Part shown: positions 50,256-61,568 of the stretch, in pieces | How the letters are laid out: every line of letters starts with the position of its first letter | Numbering within the stretch: the stretch's first letter is position 1 | Position numbers and translations under genes: made by a program | Source of the DNA: Andalucia godoyi And28 | Lineage: Eukaryota; Protista; Jakobida | NCBI GenBank assembly: GCA_009859145.1 | Contig: VRVR01000029.1 | Span: 124,001 to 188,000, forward strand | Direction of reading: 5' to 3' | DNA: 64,000 nucleotides | The notes under the pieces: generated by a model | The model's input: the letters and a program-made list of their open reading frames with translations, nothing else | What the model was told of the DNA's origin: nothing | Databases searched by the model: none

Positions 50256-51701
50256 TCAGCAAATAAGTTTTCCTGTTAAAAACACCGACCCGTCTTCCAT
50301 CTGAAAAAGCGTGTGAAATAACCCAGCAGAGAGGCCAATGCATTTTCCATGGATGTGGTGCGACAGCTGAACGGAATGTGGCGTGCTTACATTTCTTTCG
50401 TGTCCGAGTCCAAGTTTCCCGTAAATATTACTTCCCCATGCAAATACTGTCCCGTCGAACGTTCGACATACCGTGTGGCCTCCACCACAGCGTACTTCGA
50501 CGACGTACGGATTCTCCACGGGGAAACTTTCATTAATGCGCACGGGAGCCAATTCATTAAAATCTTCGCTTCCTGTTCCGAGTCTCCCATTCTCTCCGGA
50601 TCCCCACAGATACAGAGAACCAGACGATGTGCACGCAGCCGAATGGAAATCCCCGCACGACACCATGCAAACTGCCTCCTCGTATTTTCGAAGCATGTCC
50701 GGAAACTTTAACACAATCTGAGGAGTTTCGTATTTTTCTGACGCAGAGCCAATACCCAATCGTCCCGAGAGCCCATTACGACCCCAAGTCCACAAAGTAG
50801 ACTGCCTGCTGTCAAGGATGAGCGTGTGAAAATCTCCACAACTCAATGATTTCGAATAAACGTTGTCAAGCACCAGGGTCAAATGATCCGAATAGCGCGA
50901 GTGCTCTCTTTTTTGAGTTTTCGACACGGAACTGTTCGGCGACGCTGCACTGAGCGCAGGAGATATAGGAGTAAACGCAGCGGCAGCAGATCCAGGTCGA
51001 AAAGACGCTTCCAGTTTCACGGAATTTGAAAGAGAAGGTGATCTTCCGGCGTGCACCACGAACGGATGAAAAGGGCGTTTCCTTTCCCCTTCTGAACGGT
51101 CTCCTGAGATCGAATCACCTGAAGAAGAAAAGTATGAAAGCGACTTGTTGTGGAGATTCTCGGATTTAGGATTGTTTTTCCAAGGACCTGTTTGCGCATA
51201 CATGCAGTCACCACATGCATATACGACACCTCGGTCAGTCGCAAAAACCGAGTGCAACGATCCTGCAGCCATCGCATGGATTCCGAGCGAGTCCAGCGTC
51301 GGTATCCAGGTCGGCTCAAAGATGTACTCTGCATTCGAAGACGGTCGCACGCACTGCCCATACTTGTTCCATCCACACACGAACACCTGCTGCGACGTTG
51401 TCAGCAAAATCGTGTGAAAGTAGCCACATGCAATGTCGATTACGGCATGTGACGAGAGTGACGCAACCAGAGTTGGGACAGAGGCGTACTTTTTGGATTT
51501 TCCAAGCCCCAACTGTCCATGGGCATTCGAGCCCAAACCGTAGACGAGACCATCACGAGTCAGAAAAATGCAGTGATGCGCTCCAGACGCAACACGCCAC
51601 ACCTTGCGACCACCGATGTCCGGAAGCAACGTCGGGCTTCGAAACACCGAATGACTATATTTTGCAGTTTGTGCCGGTGCTTTCGTTGTCCGCGTCGCCA
51701 T
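50256..51701 (-). CDS. RCC1-repeat protein, 481 aa
   Basis: Repeats VASGAHHCIFLTRDGLVYGLGSNAHGQLG, IACGYFHT, SCGDFHT, VSCGDFHSAAC...WGSGENGRLG, CGGGHT...WGSNIYGKLG. Confidence 0.93.
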   Translation of the reverse strand: MATRTTKAPAQTAKYSHSVFRSPTLLPDIGGRKVWRVASGAHHCIFLTRDGLVYGLGSNAHGQLGLGKSKKYASVPTLVASLSSHAVIDIACGYFHTILLTTSQQVFVCGWNKYGQCVRPSSNAEYIFEPTWIPTLDSLGIHAMAAGSLHSVFATDRGVVYACGDCMYAQTGPWKNNPKSENLHNKSLSYFSSSGDSISGDRSEGERKRPFHPFVVHAGRSPSLSNSVKLEASFRPGSAAAAFTPISPALSAASPNSSVSKTQKREHSRYSDHLTLVLDNVYSKSLSCGDFHTLILDSRQSTLWTWGRNGLSGRLGIGSASEKYETPQIVLKFPDMLRKYEEAVCMVSCGDFHSAACTSSGSLYLWGSGENGRLGTGSEDFNELAPVRINESFPVENPYVVEVRCGGGHTVCRTFDGTVFAWGSNIYGKLGLGHERNVSTPHSVQLSHHIHGKCIGLSAGLFHTLFQMEDGSVFLTGKLIC

Positions 51702-52336
51702 CTTTTTCTCGAGCGTCTTTAGAGCTCATGCATCACATAATAATAAAAGGCAGCAAATAAATTGTCAACGTTCCGCCATTTCTTTTTTGTACCCGCCAAA
51801 GTGCCCCAAGTGCAGATGCAGCAAAACATCGTGCAAACAGTCGTACAGGGTCGGGCAGTTCAAGCGTGATGCTTGCTCTCGAACCGCTTGATCCTTCAAG
51901 GATCAGTTGATATGCAGTTTTTCGCTGTGCTCAAAGGCCCCCCCCCTCCCCTACCTCCGAACAACGCTGCGCGCAAGTTTATTGTACTGGGAACACAGCG
52001 TTACTCGTTTGGGTTGTGCTTCATTCGTTCTATCTTCTTGTTTTATTTCAGCGAGCAACGGTTTTGAAAAATTTGTTTTCCGCACTGATTGATCCTTTCT
52101 GGGCATGACGATTCGATCCAGCTTTTCCCGAATTAGAATTTAACTTTGTGTGTCATAGTTGTTTTTTCCCCCCCCTTTCCCCCTTTCCCCCGGCTCCTTT
52201 GCTCTTCGTTTCGTCGTGCGTTTCGGTGACTTGTTTCCGATTTTTTTCTCCCTCCGCGTTATATTCTGGTTCTTTTTTCTCCCCTTCCGTTTTCTTTGGC
52301 TCCCTTTTTGTAGAGAAAAGAAAGAAAGATTTTGAA

Positions 52337-54148
52337 ATGTCCGTTAACTATTCGGAGGAATCGACGCTGATCGTTGCTGGCAAGGAGGGTTCCTCTGGTT
52401 CGTCAGAATTGGTAGTCATTCCTCCGTCCGGTCAGATTGGCATATTGTTGGCCATTGTATTGTCAGTTGCGAATATTGCACCGACGGCCTCTGTATTTTT
52501 TGTGCTTCCAGTTGTGCTGCAGGATTCCGGAGCAGTTACAGTGTATTCTGTTTTGATTTCCGGAGTCTTCTGTCTCTCACTTGCAATGGTTGTTGCCGAG
52601 TTTGCAAAGTTTCTTCCCCACTCAGGATCGTTCTATTCCTATGTAGAGGCAGGTCTTGGTAAGAAGGCTGGCATGATGACTGCTTGGATAATGTTATTTG
52701 CGTATTCCATTCTTGCCATCCAAGCCTTGTACCAATTTGCAGGCTGGGTGTCGGACATATTGCGTCGGTGGTCCGATGTGGACGTTCCATGGGTGGTCAT
52801 TGCAATGCTAATTGCTCTTCTTGTGGTAACCTTGGCTTGCATGGGAATTGAACAATCTCTCAAACTGTCGTTATGTCTTTTTGTTGTGGAATTGGTCATT
52901 GTTCTTGCCTTTTGCTTTGTTTGTATTGTTCGTGGACATGCGTATGTTCCAGAATTTAATTCGACAAACAATCCAAACGGCATATCGGGGTTTGTTCAGT
53001 CCATGATTTTCGGAATAGCATTATTCAACGGATTTGAATCTGCAACACAGCTTGGCGAATCCGCGTCCAACCCGTCCAAGGTGATTTCTTGGGGAGTCGT
53101 CGGAAGCATGTTTATCGTTCAGGCGGTCATTGCTCTGGGGAGCTACGCTCTTGCAGCAGCGATCGGACCCGCCGATGCCACTGCCTTGGTTGACATTACG
53201 TCCCCTGCAGACTATTACGCTCGGATGTACGTCGGAGGCTGGTTTGCGGCCTTTGTGGACATTGCCGGATGCACTGCCACTTTCAACAACACGATTGCGC
53301 AGCATTCGTTCAATTTTAAAGTTCTGCAACTGATGGGACACGAGAAGATGTTTGGTTTGGACTGGTTCGGCAAAACTATGCACACGAAGAGGGGCAAAAT
53401 TGCAGTGCGATCCATTATTGTCTCGGAAGTCTTTTATTTGTCGATTTGTATAGGATTTGGTCTGCTTGTTGCTTCCAGCAGCGCAGGAGACCATATATCA
53501 CCATCTCTAATCCACACGCGAGGGTGCTGGGATGCATTTAACTACACCGCATTCATTGGATCCATCGCCCTGCTATTCGTTTATCTCTCGCCAAATGTCA
53601 GCATTATGCATTTTGTTCGGAAATACAGACCGCATGAATATAGCAAATTCAAGCACTATTTCCTACCTGTCTTGAACATTTCATTTGGGTTGGTTTATCT
53701 CGGATCACAATTCTATCCTCTTCCAAGTCTATTTCAAGGCATTCTCATCGGAGTGTTTGCTGTTTTTGTTTTTCTCGGCGGCTTGGTGATCTACCTGAGG
53801 CCGGTGCCTGTTGATGGATGTCATTCCGCAAACTCCGAGCGCAGCCCTCTTGTGGGGCCTGCGGATGTGCCATCTATTGATAGTGTTTCTGATGAAGACG
53901 AGGATGAACCGGAGCATTTAGTCGGGCGCTCTCTTCATCTTCCTCATCCGCATCCTCCTCCTCATCATCATCACCATCACCATCACCATCATCACCACGG
54001 GCATGTACGAGAAGGCAAACATAATGATGTGGAAAGCCTTGAGAAAAGTGTGAAAGGATCGCAGGACGATACACGGTCCGTCGGTTATCAATCCATGGCC
54101 AACAGCTTGCGACAACAGGACGAAAGCGGCTTGTCGCAGAGTCTTTAA
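52337..54148 (+). CDS. APC-superfamily amino acid/polyamine permease, 603 aa
   Basis: About 12 hydrophobic segments. GSFYSYVEAGLG, FNGFESATQLGE. Cytosolic tail with a poly-His tract. Start placed at MSVNYSEE (52337). Confidence 0.9.
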   Translation: MSVNYSEESTLIVAGKEGSSGSSELVVIPPSGQIGILLAIVLSVANIAPTASVFFVLPVVLQDSGAVTVYSVLISGVFCLSLAMVVAEFAKFLPHSGSFYSYVEAGLGKKAGMMTAWIMLFAYSILAIQALYQFAGWVSDILRRWSDVDVPWVVIAMLIALLVVTLACMGIEQSLKLSLCLFVVELVIVLAFCFVCIVRGHAYVPEFNSTNNPNGISGFVQSMIFGIALFNGFESATQLGESASNPSKVISWGVVGSMFIVQAVIALGSYALAAAIGPADATALVDITSPADYYARMYVGGWFAAFVDIAGCTATFNNTIAQHSFNFKVLQLMGHEKMFGLDWFGKTMHTKRGKIAVRSIIVSEVFYLSICIGFGLLVASSSAGDHISPSLIHTRGCWDAFNYTAFIGSIALLFVYLSPNVSIMHFVRKYRPHEYSKFKHYFLPVLNISFGLVYLGSQFYPLPSLFQGILIGVFAVFVFLGGLVIYLRPVPVDGCHSANSERSPLVGPADVPSIDSVSDEDEDEPEHLVGRSLHLPHPHPPPHHHHHHHHHHHHGHVREGKHNDVESLEKSVKGSQDDTRSVGYQSMANSLRQQDESGLSQSL

Positions 54149-54518
54149 CATAGGTGTTTTAAATGTTATACATCATCAACTAGATTTCTCTCGCAAGGTT
54201 TCTTTTTTGTTGTCGTTTCTGCCGATGTCTTTCTCTTGTTGCGTCATCAATGATTCACAACCTATACAGAGGTCATATCAGCGCGCGCTCCCAGAGAAGT
54301 GCTGGAAGTTGCTGGGAAGAGGCGTTTTACAAATGTGCTGCAGGTGTGAAAAAAAAATAAAATTGTTCCTGTCTGGACTCTGGAGCGTTGCAAACACAAC
54401 ACAACAAACAAAACAATCAACAAAAAAAAAAAGTAGTAGTGATTTTGTTGTCAGCGACGCGTATGAAACTGTATTGCTTTCATTGGAGTAGCCCACTCCT
54501 GTTCGGTTATTAGCCTTG

Positions 54519-55448
54519 CTAGGGAGTGAGTCTGTAGCCATTGGCAATCATGGTCTTTTCCAGAACAGTCGCACGTCGCTGGTTACGGAACGCTCTGCAG
54601 AGGTTCGCCATTCGAACACTAATGAACAGTGCACTGACCGCACCTCCGATAGCACCTGCGACATAGTACCAATCCTTGTTGACATACTCTTGGGAAATGG
54701 TTGTGATCATCTGATTGTAGTTTAGTCGTAGCTCAAACTTGTTCGCAACGGGCGGATTCACAAAAGAAGTAGAGCTTTGAGTAAACGTGTAAACAGTCTT
54801 CGTAGTCGTTCCGGCAACATTGATATACTTTGTTTTTGCAAGGTGAACAAAAGATACGGAATTGCTGTTCACCACAAAACTTGTCGAGGTCAGATCTTGT
54901 CGCAGGGCATTCTCTGAGGCCGGCGTCGATCCGGCGTTATACATGAAAATTTCGACGCCGGTGTACGAAAACGCAGAAGTGTTTGCCTGCGTAATGACAG
55001 CAGAAGGGGTGAAGTACGCCGAATTCGACGCGGCGAACTGGTCACCCAAGTAGTTGAATTCCACACATGCAGCATTCGAAACGCCGACAGGCCACGTGCG
55101 AACGGAGCATGAGGTACCACTTCCAGAGCAAGAAGTCGAAGAAAACACAAGGTTTCCGTTGCCAAGCGCAGGACAGGCAAGAATGGTGGGGAAAACAAGA
55201 GAACTCTCAGTTTGCGAATAGATTGAGGAATCAGGATTTGCGTAATTCTGGATGGACTGGATGATGAGCATAGCAGCGTATGCACAGCCCAAACATAGAA
55301 TAATCAGCATCAGCACTCGCACAATCCAGTTAAACATGCGATTGTTTTTCTTGATGACGGAATCAAACTCAGTGGACACAAACGTCACCTCTCGCTCTGT
55401 GCAAGGCTGCATCATTTCAATGGCGTTGCTGTCGACTCGGCTCTTCAT
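54519..55448 (-). CDS. Two-TM protein with a large beta-rich ectodomain; ENaC/DEG-PAC-like channel candidate, 309 aa
   Basis: TM1 WIVRVLMLIILCLGCAYAAMLII, post-TM1 NPDSSIY...LVFPTILACP, TM2 WYYVAGAIGGAVSALF. Start placed at MKSRVD (55448). Confidence 0.6.
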   Translation of the reverse strand: MKSRVDSNAIEMMQPCTEREVTFVSTEFDSVIKKNNRMFNWIVRVLMLIILCLGCAYAAMLIIQSIQNYANPDSSIYSQTESSLVFPTILACPALGNGNLVFSSTSCSGSGTSCSVRTWPVGVSNAACVEFNYLGDQFAASNSAYFTPSAVITQANTSAFSYTGVEIFMYNAGSTPASENALRQDLTSTSFVVNSNSVSFVHLAKTKYINVAGTTTKTVYTFTQSSTSFVNPPVANKFELRLNYNQMITTISQEYVNKDWYYVAGAIGGAVSALFISVRMANLCRAFRNQRRATVLEKTMIANGYRLTP

Positions 55449-56570
55449 CGTGTGATCGAAATCAAAAAATCTCGGAGCACACTCAATCCTCAGCTTAAGA
55501 AGTAGTTTCAAGTGAGAGAGAAAGGAGATGTCGAAATTGAAAACAAAAAAACAAAAGTAATAGTAATAAAAATGATGACAATTGTTACAATATCAAAGCC
55601 AGCCAGTACGCAGATTGGTTTTCTGCGCAGCAAGACTCAAAAAACAAAAACAAAACACGAAGCAATAAGAGATGCTGGTGTATGGTCCTCGAAAAACTGA
55701 AATGCAGAATGCAGAACGAACGCACGCTGGGTGAGAGAACGAAAAATTGAACAGAGACTTTTTCGATTCGTGTTGCAACGGATTCGCCCACGGGCCCTTC
55801 ACTCGGGGGCAGCTTGGGAACCTGGAACTTTAATTTTTTCGGTTGGATCAGCTTGCACAAAACGTATCGACGAAATGTCTGCCTGCACTGAGAACGAGCA
55901 GACTGGACATCCTTGAAAGTCAACTGTCGACTATTTCTGCCAATTGCAGCAGCTCCGGGATGGGCTTTGGGCTTTTGCTTTTTCGACCGGACGTGTCTTT
56001 TGCTGAAAGAATACGGAAGAGCCGATGCGGGAAAATCCAGTTGTCCTCTGCATGTCGGATGGCAATTCGAAGAAAAACACGACGTGCTGACCGCGCGCCA
56101 CCCAGAAGGGTGTCATCAGATCGTCCTTTACGAAGACGGAGACATGACTGAACATTAGCCCAAAAACTGCACCGGACTGGATTCGCAAGTACCGGGAGAC
56201 AGAACTCATCAGCGCTGCCACTCTCGATTACTGCGAGGCGCATTTGACAACGAAGTTCCCGCAAACAGCCTTCGACTCGGAAGAGAAACGTCTTGCAGAG
56301 AGAAACAAGGCCGATTCCGAAGGCTACAACAATCTCTGATTACGCAAAGAAACGTGATTTGTGTTTTTTTTTAATATTAATATGTAAAGGATCGCAAAGG
56401 TCTTTGATCCGCAGCAGCAGCAGCACCGTTATGAACAGCTGACCGACAAACGAAGATCATGCGCTAAATGGTTCTGTCGGCTTCTGCTGCATGTTTGAAA
56501 ACGAACAATTTTTTAAACTATCATTTTTTCAGTTTTCGAGGGAGAAAAAAAATTGCAGATGGATACTTTT

Positions 56571-57649
56571 TCAAGAATCGTAGACTCCTGTGGTGGACGA
56601 GTACATAACGGATGGCTTGCATACAACAATGTGGCAACGGGCGTGAATGGTGCACCATTCGCACACGGAGCCGAGGTGATTTTCCTTGAGCAGGACTTCT
56701 GAGCCGACAACCAAATAGTCCACATCCTCGGCATTCACGTATTCGCACAAATCAACCCCAACGCTCTTCGACTTGTCGCGGGGCTGGACTACGTAATTCA
56801 CGACAGCGCCGGCCTTGTGTGGCTTGTACGACGCAGCAAGCTCCTGTCCAAGATCGAAGGATCCGGAAAACAAGTGAACCAGCGTGATTGAATCTCCGCG
56901 TTTGGGATCCACCAGAAGCTGCAGCTGGTCCCACGCATACCGGGACGGCAAAGATCCGTCGACTGCGATGTAGAATCGAATGGGTGTTGTCCTCTGAGTT
57001 TCAACGGCGGCAGGGGTAATTCCGACATTCTTCACAAGAACAACCGTGCAGTGCGACTTGTAGATGCTTGCTTGTGCGACAGTGCCCAAGTTTGTCGACT
57101 CCTGTTTGATGTTTGAAGAGCTGCTTTCGTGCTTTCCGGATCCGAAAGAACCAACCACAACGAAATGAGCGCCGTCCTTGGACGCCGCGCTGAGCACCGC
57201 TTGCACAATATTGTCCGAAGTCATTTTCCCCTGGACATTCACAAGCTCCACAGACGTTTCAAGCTTGGAGGGAGGAACCGCGTCGTAAATGATCTTTGCA
57301 TGGCGGCAGTGTTCGGTATACTCGTTGAGAATATGTTGCGGACGAAACTGTGCTCCCATTTCGCTGAGCTCCACAGGATCCTTGGGCGCCACATGGATTA
57401 CATGCAGAACATCGTTCAGCTCATCCTCGTGATTCATCAAGCAGATCGCCGCATCTTGGAACCAAAAAGAAAAAAAAGAGGGGGGTGAGGAGTGGGTGGA
57501 TAGGCGGTAAGCTGCAAAGTGCTTCAATGCGGCAGACAAGAAGAACGTCAAAAAAGTCAGCGATCCATACCAAATGCGCGCTTCGCGATACGAGATCCAT
57601 CAACAGCGACTACCCACTGCCGACTCAGTTTCTGAGAAGACGAGCTCAT
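56571..57649 (-). CDS. Tandem universal stress protein (two USP domains), 2 exons, 320 aa
   Basis: Exon 1 57649-57571, intron 57570-57455 (GTATGG..AAG), exon 2 57454-56571. Splicing restores WVVAVDGSRIAKRAFDAA. Second domain IAVDGSLPSRYAW, plus VVVGSFG, LGTVA and LGSVC..RCHIVV. Confidence 0.88.
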
Positions 57650-58369
57650 ACTGAAAAAGCTTGAAGACGCGGGGAAATAATTCGCAAGGAGAATTTAAAT
57701 TAAAAATTAAAAATACCAATTTTAAAAATGAATTAATTAAACAAAAACCAAAAACATGCTGAGACGTTGGGAACTTGGAAAAACCAGAACGGCCATAGTC
57801 CAAAGAGAGCTTCTCTTCCCGAAGTGCATGCGCATTGGGAAACAAATATATTGTCTACGGCAGGTGGGAAAGGTGAGCCCGTCGTCTGGTTCTTGGCTTC
57901 TGGGCTCCTGGCCTGATCCTTGGCGTCTGAGACGAGGGGCCGACCGCTAGAAACGAAAGGACGACGGCGCATGCACAGGTGCTAGAAAGTATAAACCAGG
58001 GCGAATGATGCACAACAATGTAAAAAGAAGATGGAAACAAAAAGAAAAACATTTATCCGATTTATACAAGAAACGGCGAATGCTACACCGTCGAAAACGA
58101 AAGAGTTACATCGAGAACATCACATCCACGACCATGGCATTTGAAAAATATGAACGCGTCAGCTAGTACGAAATTTGGCTTGTACTCGTTGATGGGTATA
58201 TAAAAACAAAAAGAGAATCAAAGAAAGAGAAAAAGGGAGAGGGAGAGAGAGTGTGTGTGTGGGGAGAGGAAAGACGGAGAGCGATAAACAAGGGGAGAAA
58301 GACGGTGCCTAGGACATGGAATCTAGGAAGGAAACCACAGCGGATGCTACAATATTCGCTGCAGTGTTC

Positions 58370-60016
58370 TTACTTTGTCTTCCTGAGTTTAGGAGATGGC
58401 GGATAACCGTGTTGTTGCGACGAAGATGTGAATCTAGACGATTTGACGTCGGGCGCGGATCCAAATCCATGCGCACTTGAACTTGCAGAATCTACGCTTT
58501 CAGACTGGAAGTAGCCTGCTTGTTGTTGTTGTTGTTGTTGTTGTTGTTGCTGCTGCTGCTGCTGCTGCACCTGTGCCTGCATATGCATCATTTGCATGTG
58601 CATCATGCTTGGATTGAAGGGACCTGATCTCGGATCCGGATTCTGCATCACGGCGCCGCTGTGGTATAGTGGGATCGTTGACATTACAGGAAATGGCGCC
58701 GACACAGAGTGTGGCAGCGGGGGTTGTTGATGCAATTGCTGTGCGTACAAGTGCTGCTGTCCGCTTTGTTCCTGCTGTTGAACAGAAAGATATAAGTGTG
58801 CTCTTTCAGCATCGAGCGTATAAATTCCACCAACCTCTGGAAACCCAGGAAACGAGGAAAAGGCTATTGCGTTCTGGAAACGATGCACCGCCATTCTGAC
58901 CTCAGAAATCAGAGCTTGAGCTGCGGCTTTCGGCACCGCTGCAATGTTCCTGCGAATCCACTCCAGTTGCCGCTCACAGCCCATAAGATTGGAATGGAGC
59001 GTGTGCAGCATGGGGAGCTCCATCATTGCCACAGGGGCAGCAAACTGGGAATACGACGAAGAAGACGCAGACGCCGACGAAAAGGATGTAGCGGACCCGG
59101 CCCGGGGAGCTGCGCCAGGAAACACTCCGGCATCTGTACTTGACAAAAATGAAGGATCGCGAGCTGCAGCAGGATGCGGATGCATGGTAGACGACCCGAC
59201 AGACGAGCTGGGGAAGTTCGAGGACAAACTTGATGAACCGCCGCCAATCGAAGTGGGAGTTCCCACAACCTGTGCCGCACCACCCGTTGCGAGAGTGGGT
59301 ACAACAGAAGTCCCTGTTCCAGAGGATGTCCCTGTGACGTTCATGGACGTAGAAGAAAACGAAGATGGTCCTTGTTGCCCCGTCGGAGCTGCCGCACCGT
59401 GAAAAAGCTGACCTGAGAACGTCTGCGAGGGAAGAATGGATGGAAGAGGAGGAGCAGGAGGAGGAGGCGGAGGAGCAGGGACGGGTTGCATGTTGGTGTC
59501 CGTGGATTCGCTGAGCAGAATCGAAAGGGGGTTGTTCGAGCGAAGACTGGATCGGCGCGTAAGAATTCCGCTTCCCGGAGAATGACGTTCCGAGGGCGCA
59601 GAAAATGCACCACTGGCACTTGCGGCCAGCGTCGTAAGATCAGATGGTTTTCGGGAAGACGACACCAACGTTGACGCTGGCTTTGAAGATGAAGCTGATG
59701 CTAAAGGCACAGCAGGAGCTGCGAGAGTTCTGGGAAAGTTTGGAGACGAGTCTGGAGATGCTGACATATCGGAGGCCATTTTCCTCCGGCCCCACGTCTT
59801 GCCTTCTTCGTACGTGCACTCGAGATTGCGGGCTTTGCATCGACCGCAAGGCGGACCCGTGCGGTCACATTTCTTGTGGAGCATACGGCACTGTACACAG
59901 GCGATCCGATCGACATTGTGACCCTCGGCAATCCACGATGTCACTCTTTCAGCATGGGAAACACTGGACTCTGACTCCTCGTCGAAAGGGTTGCGAGCAG
60001 GAGGAGCTTCGGACAT
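58370..60016 (-). CDS. Zn(II)2Cys6 (GAL4-type) transcription factor A, 548 aa
   Basis: CVQCRMLHKKCDRTGPPCGRCKARNLEC (CX2CX6CX6CX2CX6C), S/P-rich middle region and polyQ tail. Start placed at MSEAPP (60016). Confidence 0.88.
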   Translation of the reverse strand: MSEAPPARNPFDEESESSVSHAERVTSWIAEGHNVDRIACVQCRMLHKKCDRTGPPCGRCKARNLECTYEEGKTWGRRKMASDMSASPDSSPNFPRTLAAPAVPLASASSSKPASTLVSSSRKPSDLTTLAASASGAFSAPSERHSPGSGILTRRSSLRSNNPLSILLSESTDTNMQPVPAPPPPPPAPPLPSILPSQTFSGQLFHGAAAPTGQQGPSSFSSTSMNVTGTSSGTGTSVVPTLATGGAAQVVGTPTSIGGGSSSLSSNFPSSSVGSSTMHPHPAAARDPSFLSSTDAGVFPGAAPRAGSATSFSSASASSSSYSQFAAPVAMMELPMLHTLHSNLMGCERQLEWIRRNIAAVPKAAAQALISEVRMAVHRFQNAIAFSSFPGFPEVGGIYTLDAERAHLYLSVQQQEQSGQQHLYAQQLHQQPPLPHSVSAPFPVMSTIPLYHSGAVMQNPDPRSGPFNPSMMHMQMMHMQAQVQQQQQQQQQQQQQQQQAGYFQSESVDSASSSAHGFGSAPDVKSSRFTSSSQQHGYPPSPKLRKTK

Positions 60017-61568
60017 GACCAGGGGCAATTCTATCGACAATCCGGGTAGAGCAATATGTATTACAGGTAAATCACAGACAGACACGCAGACACAGACAAA
60101 AAGGGGAGGAAGAAAGGCAGGAGAAGAGAGACTAACAAACAAACAAACAAAAAAAAACACTATATCGACTGTTCTTGTTCCCGTTGTGTGCAGGCAAGAA
60201 GGACGACTGGGAAACAGCGAACGAACACGACGGACATGCAGTGCACACCAGTGAAGTCTAATTGGGCAAAGGCAACGGCAGAAAGCGAGGAGAGGGAGAC
60301 GGCAACAAGTTCAAGCGCTTTCCAACTTCCTTCGAGAAAAGATGAATGCTGTTTCGCTGTGTGAATCCTAGCGCGAAAGGAAAACTGGACTTGCTTGCGG
60401 AAGCGTGTCTTCTGTCACGCAGGGTAAAAAAGCATCTCTGGAGTAGGCACCCATCAGAAGTGTCAGAAAGGCCTCGGGCTCCTTGCAACGCACTGCTAAG
60501 AGATGGACATTTCACCTTCTGATGTGCATCGTTTTGTGACAGTATTAGCAGACCGGGGGCAGCTGCAGACTGAGAATGGCAGTGCCCAGTGATTGCCATC
60601 CGTGACAAGTCCGCCGGGTTTGCTCGCACGTGTGTAGGACCCCCCAACAGCACCCATCACCGCATCACCATGGACCAACGGATTTTCTGATAGTTTTCTG
60701 ACGTCCGAAACGATTCCTAGCAGGGCGTCTGGAGAACAGATTTGGGTCTTTCCCTGCCAGTCCGAGCAGGATAATCCACAGCCTGCTCGCTGCTCGCACT
60801 GCAATTTCGCCGTCGGTTTCTTGTTATGTCCATTCGTCGTGAACATGTTCGTTTTTGCTTCTCAATGCGTTTACCCAAACGAGATGGCGATCCCTCGGTG
60901 GACCGCTCAACTCGCTCCGCAACGCTATTCTCCGATCCTCCCAATCCCGCAAGCGCCCCAGCTCCCCCGGAACCCGTCTCCATCGTCTGCTGTCACGAGC
61001 GAATCCGTGCATAATTCCGCGCTGTGGCAGCACCTACAGCTTTCGTGAGTTCATCCAGAAGAATCACTTCCTGCGAGAAAAGACGTGAATTCGCTTCATC
61101 TCGTGCTGCTCCCCCACTTTCGGAGATTCCCACTGCTGCTGGCATGCCGACCCCCGTGTCACAGCAGCTCTTTTCTTTTCCGTTTTTTTAAATTTATTTA
61201 AAATGCCGCTGCAGGACGCACGCCGCTCGGAGCTCCCTCTGATGCCCTGCCGTAAGACGATGTCTCGACTGGAAATGGCGGGGCGGGATTCCTTGCAACG
61301 CCTGTAGTTCGGGCGAAGAACAACTGAGCATCTGGAGAATCCCCCGAAAGCCCCCCCTTCTCCGCTCGTCGGTTCGCAAAAGGAAATGCGTACACAGCTA
61401 TCCAAGACACCGGTGACCCTGGAAAGGAAATGAAAATTCCCGTCTCCGAAATCCGCTGCTCCTTTCCCTTTTTCCTTTTCCCCACCCTCTTTTCTCTTCT
61501 CTCCTTTCCCTCCTGTTTTAGCGTTTTCCACCCCAGCTTCCCCTCTAGAAACTCGAAACAGCATACGA

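Noticed and set aside
56427-56503. SECIS-like hairpin (ATGAA-N12-AAA...TGAA) downstream of the TGA-rich frame
   Set aside because: The 5' side fits, but the 3' GA is ~47 nt from the AAA (too far) and helix II does not stack on the GA quartet.
60258-61485. Short ORFs in the spacer between the two Zn-cluster genes
   Set aside because: They overlap in several frames and on both strands with no motif, consistent with UTR or promoter sequence.
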